Part shown: positions 1 to 7,215 of the stretch, one piece after another
Numbering within the stretch: position 1 is the first letter of the stretch
Layout of the letters: every line of letters begins with the position of its first letter
NCBI GenBank assembly: GCA_938091905.1
Contig: CALKOM010000067.1
Coordinates: 1-13,819, forward strand
Reading direction: 5' to 3'
Origin: an uncultured Verrucomicrobiales bacterium
Lineage (GTDB): Bacteria; Verrucomicrobiota; Verrucomicrobiia; Verrucomicrobiales; DEV007
DNA length: 13,819 nucleotides
The notes under the pieces: model-generated
What the model was told of the DNA's origin: nothing
What the model saw: only the letters and a program-made list of their open reading frames with translations
Database searches by the model: none
Program-made: the position numbers and the translations under genes

Positions 1-2
1 CG

Positions 3-146
3 GAGATTCCAAATAAGGATCAAGCAGAGCCGATGAAAGGGAAGCTTACGATCCCGGACGAAAGCAGAAGCCTTTGTTCGGTGGCGAGCAATGAACTCAG
101 GATCCTTGAGTTGGTTGGAAAGCGTTGCAAAGAGGGACGCACCTCA
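3..146 (-). pseudogene. IS4-family transposase N-terminal fragment, in-frame TGA at 144-146 and no usable start codon
   Basis: Manual translation. The RHR...FVRDRKLPF motif is present, but the frame is closed by TGA just upstream. Nearby ATGs (147, 174, 177) are in another frame and stop quickly. Confidence 0.65.
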
Positions 147-281
147 TTTAGATGTCTGTGAGGGGACTTCGCATCATAGCCACTATAATATCAACTTGTG
201 ATAGTTTGAAGGTCGGTGTTGTCGTGATACCGAACCACCCTACCAATCCTCCTACTTTCAGCAAGATCATTCGCCCTTTCC

Positions 282-299
282 CTTAACTCATCGACATTG
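282..299 (-). repeat. IS4-type terminal inverted repeat (IRL)
   Basis: cttaactcatcgacattg on the + strand, correctly oriented upstream of the transposase fragment. The partner IR lies outside the window. Confidence 0.75.
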
Positions 300-392
300 G
301 GTGCGGACCTGATTGAATATTCTCTATGAGCACGCTTGTCGAGATTTTGACTACAGAAAGCAGAGCGTCATTCTCGATGGGGCCGGTTCGGC

Positions 393-1729
393 GTGTTAGG
401 TGTCGCTTTATTGCTTTGTGGGTGCCAAACGGCTCGTAAGAACGTGTCCTTCCCAAAGCACGAACTCGTCACGGGATTTTCGGAGCGACAGACCATCCTA
501 ACCGGGTTCTTCCTCGGTGACGGTGCTATTGCGGATCTTGCGTTCGCCAATGTTGACGATCAAGGGCAACGACAGCCACGCATCTACGCCACTGCTGGGT
601 CCCCGAACTTCAGCGTAACGCTTAGTCCCAATGTTCTGATTGTAGATGTAGCTAACATTGGTGGGCGCGACCGTCTGATTACCTATGAGCGGGGACGCCT
701 GAATTGGTTCGATCCGAAGTCTAGAACGGAGCGCTCGCTTGCGAAGGTGACTTCTAACTTTCAATCGCCTCGCAGAGATGAGATTCCGCATGTTGATGTG
801 ACTCGCGATGTGAACGGTGACGGCCTAAATAATTTGTTAGTCCCATGCTCCGATGGATTCCGAGTGTTTGTCCAGACGTCGAGCGGCGGGTTTGCCAGTC
901 CTGTCACGATCGTTCCCGCTTTCGACAAGAGGGATGTCGTCCTAACCGAAGGCTACCGATACGATCCCTGGAGTCAGGGGCGCATTCATGCTGCGGACTT
1001 CAACCGGGATGGTAGCAATGATTTGGTCTACTGGAACAACGACCGCTTTGAGGTTCATCTTCAGAATAGAAATGGACGGTTTGCTAGCGCGGCTAAGACC
1101 TTTACATCTAGAGTGGCATTTGATTCGGACGACCTGTCGACGCTCGCGGCTCCGCAGGGGGTGCGCCATCGGCGTAAGGATTACCAGCCGGAAGGAGCGA
1201 TCACAGGCAGGGTAATGCGCGCATTGACCGATCTGAACGGTGATGGCATCGCCGATCTAAGGGGTATTCGTGCTGAAGGGAGGGAGCCCATGGAAGATGC
1301 ACGCCAACTGCGAAGTGTACCTTGGCGTGGCAACAAGTGACGGTGGGGCGGCTTTCGTGTCAGAACCTGGAACAGCAATCCACTTGGATGGCATTCTGTA
1401 TAACATTGAGCATCACGATTGCAATAGCGATGGCCAACTCGACATGGCGTTCACAACCTTTTCTTCGGGGATCGTCAATACGGTGCCGCTATTGGTCGGA
1501 TCGATACTGACAAACACAATACCAGAAGATCTCGAGTTCTTCCGTATGGATGGTGGCGGTTATCCGGCCAAACCTCTTTGCTCAAAGTTCATAATCAGTG
1601 CCCCTTGCCAGGCCGAAGGGGGAACACTCTTGGCTGGTGGATCTCAACAAAGATGGCAAGCAGGACGTCCTTGTGCATTACCCATCAGCTACCGCATCGC
1701 ATCGAGTGACGTTGCTAGTGGCCAAGTAG
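393..1729 (+). pseudogene. FG-GAP/VCBS-repeat lipoprotein, split over three frames
   Basis: Lipobox-like LLLCGC. DxNxDGxxD motifs: DVNGDGLNNL, DFNRDGSNDL and DLNGDGIADL (frame +3), DCNSDGQLDM (frame +1, after an extra base at ~1260) and WLVDLNKDGKQDVLVHYPSATASHRVTLLVAK* (frame +2, stop 1727-1729). There is a second shift at ~1574 and an in-frame TAA at 1592-1594. Confidence 0.8.
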
Positions 1730-1752
1730 CGCTCACTCGAATCGATATCCTT

Positions 1753-2179
1753 ATGCGAAGAACACTTGCGGTTATCTTAGGCGCGCTTGTCGGCTCAATC
1801 ACGTTGCTTGTGGTCTCGGTGCCGTTGAAAGCTGACTCCGCTTGAGCTGATGGACCCAGCGACTGCTGAAATTGTGACTAAGCGGGTAGCTTCCGCCCCA
1901 ATGTTTACTTGGATCTCGACCCTAGTTGGACTTGCGCTGGGAGCCTTCATGGGTGGCTTGGTGGGCGCACGAGTTGTCCAAGACAGGGTTGTGCGGGTAA
2001 CGAGTGCGATCGGTCTGGTTCTTTCCCTTTGGGCCCTTCATACATTCTACATCGTCTATCCCGAAGTTCTCTGGGTTCCCTGTTCTATGCTAAACTCCGT
2101 CCTCGTGTTTCCCTATCTTGGTGGGCGTGTTCTAGTAAGATATCAAAGTCGAGCGAACCTGAGAGAATCGGATACTTAG
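1753..2179 (+). pseudogene. Small multi-pass membrane protein of unknown function, frameshifted at ~1820-1845
   Basis: ATG 1753 gives the hydrophobic MRRTLAVILGALVGSITLLVV (frame +1, TGA 1843-1845). Frame +2 continues LTPLELMDPATAE... into three more hydrophobic helices (ORF 1850-2179). Confidence 0.6.
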
Positions 2180-2226
2180 TAAGTGCTGGCGACTACAAGC
2201 TAACTTCGGCGTTTCTCAACGAAAGG

Positions 2227-2253
2227 GGAGGAGCCGGGGGTGCCGACTCCTCC
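2227..2253 (-). terminator. Stem-loop between convergent genes; probable terminator of the Cys-rich gene
   Basis: Minus strand GGAGGAGTCGG-caccc-CCGGCTCCTCC: an 11-bp stem with one U-G wobble, ~30 nt after the stop at 2285. Only short T runs follow on either strand. Confidence 0.6.
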
Positions 2254-2284
2254 TTTAGAGGTTGGAGCCATCTAAGGGTTCGTA

Positions 2285-4694
2285 TTAATTCTGCTCTTCC
2301 AAGTCTTCAACTCTCTGAACATAAAGAGTCCTGATCGTGTAGAAGCGCGGTGCATGATCCATCGCGGCATCATCGGCCCATCCGTAGTGGCCTGACTCGA
2401 TCTCTTCTGCAGTCCCGGCACGTTGCCACAGTTGCATGTCCTCACTGACAAGGACTTCGTAGAGGCTTTCGGGCACGCCTTCAAAGGTGAGCTGGTAGAA
2501 CTTCTCGTCTCGAGTTGGCAAGGGTTCGGTCTGAACTAGCATGGTGATGGCATGGGCCTGCTGCTTCAGTTCTGATCTCGTTTCTTGGTCGTCTTCAAGG
2601 ACGAAGTCAGGATCCAATTCGGTAAGGAACGCCGTCTCGTCTGTGGGACCGGTAACTTCACCGTCGGTTTGCAATGCAGTAGCCACTCCGGCTCCGGCAG
2701 CCGCCTTCTTGCAATCACACGTGATACGGAAGACTTTGCTACCACCCTTGGTGCGATGCACGAGAACAGTCTTGATCGCGCACTTGCTACCATCTGGGCA
2801 CACTCCGGCGCAGATGACTTCCTGTCGGCCGCCGCCTTCACCTGGACCTTGAGTGTAGAGCACGATGTGGCAGGTGCTAGGTTCGACCTTATCGCAACCG
2901 CACCATTGACGCACGCCACCGTGGTGGTTGCGTGAACTACGTCGTTCGCACTTGGCGCGGCCAGGGCAGTCACCGCCGCAGATCAACTGGTAAGTGACGA
3001 TGCCATTGCTTTGAACGATCTTCTGGACATAGCCTTTGCAGGGCCTGGCTGCACCAGATGCGTCGTCTCCGCAGCAGTCGTTGTCGCCGCCGTTAATACT
3101 GCTAGCGTCTGTGTCGTCGCCGTTGGGCTGAGTGGGATCGTCAGGCATGGAGTCGTCGTTGGGAGCATCATCGCCGCCTTCTGCGGGTTTGCCACAGTCA
3201 CAGGTAAGGTGATAGACCTTATTGCCATCGGCTGTCTTTAGCTTGCGTAGCTCTTTGATCGTGCACTCGCTCCCGTCTGGGCAAGCTCCAGCGCAGAAGA
3301 CCTTTTGGGCTCCGCCGCCTTCACCTGGACCTGGAGTGTAGAGCACGATGTGGCAGGTGCGTGGCTCTGTGTCGTTGCAGCCGCACCATTGGCGAACGCC
3401 GCCGTGGTGGTTGCGTGAGCTGCGTGGTTCACACTTGGCGCGACCTGGGCAATCGCCACCGCAGACTAGCTGATAGGTTACGCGACCGTTGTTCTGGACG
3501 ACCTTCTGGACATAGCCTTTGCAAGGCTTGGCAGCGCCAGGAGCGTCGTCTCCGCAGCAATCGTCGTCATTCCCATCGGCATTACTCGCGTCTTGGGTAT
3601 CGTCGTTGTCGTCGCTGTTGTTAGGCGTGCCATCACTGTTGTTGTTAGATTGATTGTCGTCGCCATTGTTGGCGTTTCCGCCATCTCCATTTGGGCACTC
3701 GCAGCTGATATGGAAGAACTTGAAACCGTTGATGTTGCGAACGAGTTTCTCTTGAAGCTTGCACGCCGTCCCATCAGGGCAAGCACCGGCGCAGAAGACT
3801 TCTTGGCCTGTGCCGGGTTCACTGTCACCATAGGTGTAGATGACGATGTGACATGTGCTTGGTTCCGTATCTGAACATCCACACCATTCGCGTACGCCGC
3901 CATGGTGGTTCTTGGAGGAGCGGGTCTCACATTTGGCGTGGTCAGGGCAAATGCCATCGCAGAGCAATTGATAGGTCACAATGCCGTTTGGTTGGACGAT
4001 CTTCTGGACGATGCCTTTGCAGTCCTTCTTGTTATTGTCACCACAGCAAGGATCGTCGTTGTCTTGTATGCTGCCATCTGGCTCAGGATTTACGGAGTCT
4101 TGTTCGCTTGGAACGGGCTCTTCATTGCCTGTGTCAGGATCGTTGCCGGGATTGGTTGGATCGGGAACTTCTTGATCTGGATCCGTAGGATCCGCAGGTT
4201 TTCCATCGTTTTCTCCTGAGGAGTGATTGGGATTCCCGTGATCGCCATCACACGCACAGACAAGGTGGAAGACTTGAAAGCCATCCCCTTTATGAATGAG
4301 CTGTTCACTTAGGCGACAAGGCTGTCCGTCTGGGCATTGGCCTGAACAGAATACTTGTTGTGGGCCGCCGCCTTCTCCGCGTCCAGGCGTGTAAAGGACG
4401 ATGTGGCAATGGGGTGGTTCCTCTTCGCCGCAGCTGCACCATTCGCGGATGCCGCCATGTTGATTTTGGGACCGGTGCGGGTCGCATTTGCCTCCATCAG
4501 GGCATTCGCCTTCACAAAGGAGTTGGTAGGGTGACTACGCCGTCTGGTTGGACGACTTTCTGCACGATGCCGTGGCAATGTGGGGCCTCTGCCACTTGCG
4601 CAACGAGGCCAAGTGTGGAGACCAACAAGATAAAAAGGCTGATGATGGCTGGAAATCGACAAGACTCGGGATGAGTGGATTTGGTTGGTTTCAT
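2285..4694 (-). CDS. Secreted Cys-rich tandem-repeat protein (~802 aa after repair of a 1-nt frameshift at 4529-4531); cystine-knot-like modules
   Basis: ORF 4512-4694 supplies a signal peptide (IISLFILLVSTLGLVAQVAEA) and the start of repeat 1 (CHGIVQKVVQPDGVVT). The frame of ORF 2285-3979 stays open upstream to ~4534 and reads YQLLCEGECPDGGKC... Removing one G from GGG at 4529-4531 joins them as VVTYQLLC, matching VTYQL in the other three repeats. Confidence 0.85.
2711..4577 (-). repeat. Four intragenic 109-110 aa repeats with 12 Cys each: R1 4250-4577, R2 3695-4021, R3 3194-3523, R4 2711-3040
   Basis: Consensus CxG[IY]VQK[VI]VQx[ND]GxVTYQLxCxGxCPxxxKC...N[HQ]HGG[VI]R[EQ]WCxC...EPxxCHIV[LI]YT...QxV[FI]CxGxCPDGxxC...CxC. 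The repeats are separated by 76-, 57- and 51-aa D/N/P-rich linkers. Confidence 0.95.
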
Positions 4695-4926
4695 TTGATC
4701 TGGTGGTTGATGTGTATCTTGGTGAGTAGCGCGTTCGCTTGTCGCCTTGACCGCTGCGCGACGGCGGCCCCACCTGATAGAATGTAAACCGTGCGCAAAG
4801 GGTACGAAGTATCTGGATTCTTATTGCCGGATGACGAATACGTCGCAGGCCTTGACGGCTTTCCAAGGCTTAGTGTCGGCCGAAACTAACTATTGAAGGG
4901 GCATCAATGATGCCTGATGTGGATCC

Positions 4927-5790
4927 TCACTGAAGCAGGGAGGATATGATCTCGTTAGCCTGGCTTGCGTAGTGGCCACCGAAGAGGTTGTAATGATTGA
5001 GGACGTGGTAGAGATTGTAGAGTGGGCGTCGGGTGCTGTAGCCGTCATCTAAAGGGTAGGCTTCATGGTAGCTTTGATAGAATTCTGCGCCGATGCCTCC
5101 GAACATTTCAGTGAATGCGATGTCAGTTTCACGGTCTCCGAAGTACACTGCGGGATCGAAGATCACTGGGGTGCTGTTTTTATCGTAGCCTACATTTCCA
5201 CTCCAGAGATCGCCGTGGAGCAAGGAAGGGGCAGGTTGATAGCTTTGGAAGAATTGGTTTAGCTGATCCAAGAGTTGAGTTGCTCCGGGCAGATCGAGGC
5301 CGCGTGTGGCCGCGAGTTCAATTTGATATCGAAGGCGGTGTTCGCGAAAGAAGGTAACCCAGCTAGACTCCCACGTGTTTCGTTGTGGTGTGTCTCCTAT
5401 AACATTATCACGATTCCAGCCGAATGCGTCGCCGGTTGTGCGATGGAGCGCCGCGAGTTCCTTTGCAAGCTGTCTCTCTGAACGATCTCGATCTTTGGGA
5501 GAGTGGAGGTCGAGAGCTTCCATGATCAGAAAGGCATTCTCTGAGTCTGTTCCCGCCTGAATCGGACGGGGCGCTCGGATCGTGGCCGTGTTTGCGATTT
5601 CTTGGAGGCCTGCTGCTTCCGCCTCGAAGTTTGGCAGGCGATTGGTGTGGTGAACTTTAAGAAAGTGTCGATTCCCCTGCTTATCTGTGACGATTCCCGT
5701 CTTGTTGATGCAGCCGCCTCCCACGGATTGAAATCGCAGTTCGCCATCGGACCCTAAAATCTCCGAAACTTGTTGGAGGAGGCTTACCAT
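4927..5790 (-). CDS. Fructosamine-3-kinase / ketoamine kinase family protein (YniA-like)
   Basis: VGGGCIN glycine loop, FLK lysine, FEAEAAGL, FGW..DNVIG..PQ.N.W..SW..FF.E.RL, LLHGDLWSGN and FDPAVYFGDRETDIAFTEMFGG. Confidence 0.95.
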   Translation of the reverse strand: MVSLLQQVSEILGSDGELRFQSVGGGCINKTGIVTDKQGNRHFLKVHHTNRLPNFEAEAAGLQEIANTATIRAPRPIQAGTDSENAFLIMEALDLHSPKDRDRSERQLAKELAALHRTTGDAFGWNRDNVIGDTPQRNTWESSWVTFFREHRLRYQIELAATRGLDLPGATQLLDQLNQFFQSYQPAPSLLHGDLWSGNVGYDKNSTPVIFDPAVYFGDRETDIAFTEMFGGIGAEFYQSYHEAYPLDDGYSTRRPLYNLYHVLNHYNLFGGHYASQANEIISSLLQ

Positions 5791-5841
5791 GCCTGCTTTT
5801 TAAGTGGGGGTGGTTGACAAGGCAACATTGGTCCGTCGACG

Positions 5842-7215
5842 TTGTGCTTCTTGATTGTTGCCTTTCTCAGCGTGTTGCCCCCTGATATCGTACCGTCGTT
5901 CCTGCGCGCGTCTGTGCTTTCTATTCTTGCGGTTCTACTAAATGGCGTGCTATTGCCAAGGCTAATTACAAGTCGTGGAACGCGCCGGGGCCACTTGCTT
6001 TGGGCCATGATTAGCTTGCCGTTTCTAACGCCTCCACTGCTCACAGCTTACGCTTATACGACACCATTTTTACATCTTGCGCGCTATCCGTGGCTTGAAG
6101 AGGTGGCCTACGCAAGTTTGGTGTTTCTGAGAGTTTATCCCTTAGCTTTGCTTGCGGGTGCCTTGATCCCGCGTCGCTTGTCTGAAGAGGGAAAGCATTG
6201 TCAGGCGTTAGCGGTAGACCACGGGCTACCTGCGTGGTCTTTTCGGTGGCGTCACCTCGAGCCGGTGATGCTAGTTTCGGCTCTGCTTGTGTTTCTTTAT
6301 GCATTTCACGAGTTTGAAATGGCGACGTTCTTGCAACGACCTGCTTGGACTGTAGCGATGTTTGATGCCCAAGCTCAGGGATACGCCTTGGGTGTGACCT
6401 TGAAGAATCTCTTGCCTCTTGCTCTCAGTCAAACGGTGGTGATATTGGCACTGTTTAGGCTGGTAGAGCGAGGCGATGCTGCTGCGAACGTGAGTCAGAA
6501 GTCAGATCGATCATGGATGATTTGGGTCTATGCCGCTGTTGCTGCGTGTTTGTTTTCGATAATTCCGGTATTGCTCATTTTGAAAAGTGCCGTCCGTGGA
6601 TTGCCATCATTGTCTTCAACGTTCTCCATGCAGCGGGAAGTGGGGGACAGCTTGATCGTGGCGTTTGTTGCTGGGACATTGGGCTTTCTGCTAGCGAAAG
6701 GATTGAGTCAATTGAGGTCAAAGGTGCTTCTAGCGGTGTGTTTGATGCCAGGGCTGTTGGGAACGTTGCTGCTCAGCCTGGGGCTGTTGGGCCTGTTTCA
6801 ATGGCCCGGCCTGATGTCCTTCCGTGATCGTCCTATTCCGTTAGTGGTTGGGCTGGTTCTTGCCCTGCTTCCGTTGCTGACTTTGCTGGCAGTTCTGGCT
6901 CAGCGTCGAGACCAGTCGGACGCAAGCTGGAGTGCCCAGCTGATGGGAACGCGGCGGCTATGTTGGGCCTACGGTCGAGGTCCCTATCTCGCTGTTTGGG
7001 CCTGTGGGTTCTACCTTGCCTACTTTGACGTGACGATGTCGAAGATTCTCGCCCCTGCCTCGATGTCGCCAATTATGGGGAGGCTCTACGATTTGATGCA
7101 CTATGGGCGTGATACCATGTTGTCAGCCTATGTGCTTGTCGCGGTGGCGGTGCCTTTCTGTATTCTCGCGCTTGCCACTGCGTTAGGCTACGGACTAACA
7201 TCTCGTCGTGGTTGA
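5842..7215 (+). CDS. ABC transporter permease, fused two-domain type (Fe3+/thiamine FbpB/ThiP-like); start uncertain
   Basis: About 12 hydrophobic segments in two halves. SLPFLTPPLLTAYAY and LVFLYAFHEFE resemble the LPxxxPP and FxxxFxEF motifs of this class. It overlaps the ATPase start by 8 nt. Confidence 0.8.
   Translation: MCFLIVAFLSVLPPDIVPSFLRASVLSILAVLLNGVLLPRLITSRGTRRGHLLWAMISLPFLTPPLLTAYAYTTPFLHLARYPWLEEVAYASLVFLRVYPLALLAGALIPRRLSEEGKHCQALAVDHGLPAWSFRWRHLEPVMLVSALLVFLYAFHEFEMATFLQRPAWTVAMFDAQAQGYALGVTLKNLLPLALSQTVVILALFRLVERGDAAANVSQKSDRSWMIWVYAAVAACLFSIIPVLLILKSAVRGLPSLSSTFSMQREVGDSLIVAFVAGTLGFLLAKGLSQLRSKVLLAVCLMPGLLGTLLLSLGLLGLFQWPGLMSFRDRPIPLVVGLVLALLPLLTLLAVLAQRRDQSDASWSAQLMGTRRLCWAYGRGPYLAVWACGFYLAYFDVTMSKILAPASMSPIMGRLYDLMHYGRDTMLSAYVLVAVAVPFCILALATALGYGLTSRRG

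Larger units (their letters stand above)
1..299 (-). mobile_element. IS4-family insertion sequence, left end with degraded transposase N-terminus (runs off the window)
   Basis: The reverse complement of 282-299 is CAATGTCGATGAGTTAAG, a 15/18 match to the IS4 terminal IR as I recall it (TAATGCCGATCAGTTAAG). Minus-strand translation of 143->3 gives GASLFATLSNQLKDPEFIARHRTKASAFVRDRKLPFHRLCLILIWNL, the 'EFxxRHR...FxRxRKLPF' pattern of IS4-family transposase N-termini. Confidence 0.8.

Noticed and set aside
1270..1845. 191-aa ORF as an independent gene
   Set aside because: It is a chimera of the VCBS middle fragment, out-of-frame sequence and the N-terminus of the next gene (ATG 1753).
4529..4531. 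Phase variation or programmed frameshift at the lesion
   Set aside because: It is only a 3-nt run, with no long homopolymer, SSR or recognisable slippery heptamer.
2711..4577. Multiheme cytochrome, ferredoxin, metallothionein or RiPP-precursor reading of the Cys/His-rich repeats
   Set aside because: There are no CxxCH or CxxCxxC motifs and no adjacent maturation enzymes. A signal peptide and an even Cys number per module favour disulfides.
2541..4866. Many overlapping alternative ORFs on both strands across the Cys-rich gene (e.g. 3478-3957, 3902-4219, 4309-4866)
   Set aside because: These are shadow frames of a GC-rich, low-complexity repeat gene. The V/A/T-rich translations are what antisense or shifted D/N/G codons produce.
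4900..4914. Palindrome GGCATCA-A-TGATGCC downstream of the fructosamine kinase gene
   Set aside because: It is a single copy with short arms and no U-tract, so it cannot be distinguished from chance. It might be an operator or weak terminator, but this is unsupported.
5814..5819. Perfect TTGACA -35 hexamer in the divergent intergenic region
   Set aside because: There is no credible -10 element 16-18 nt downstream.
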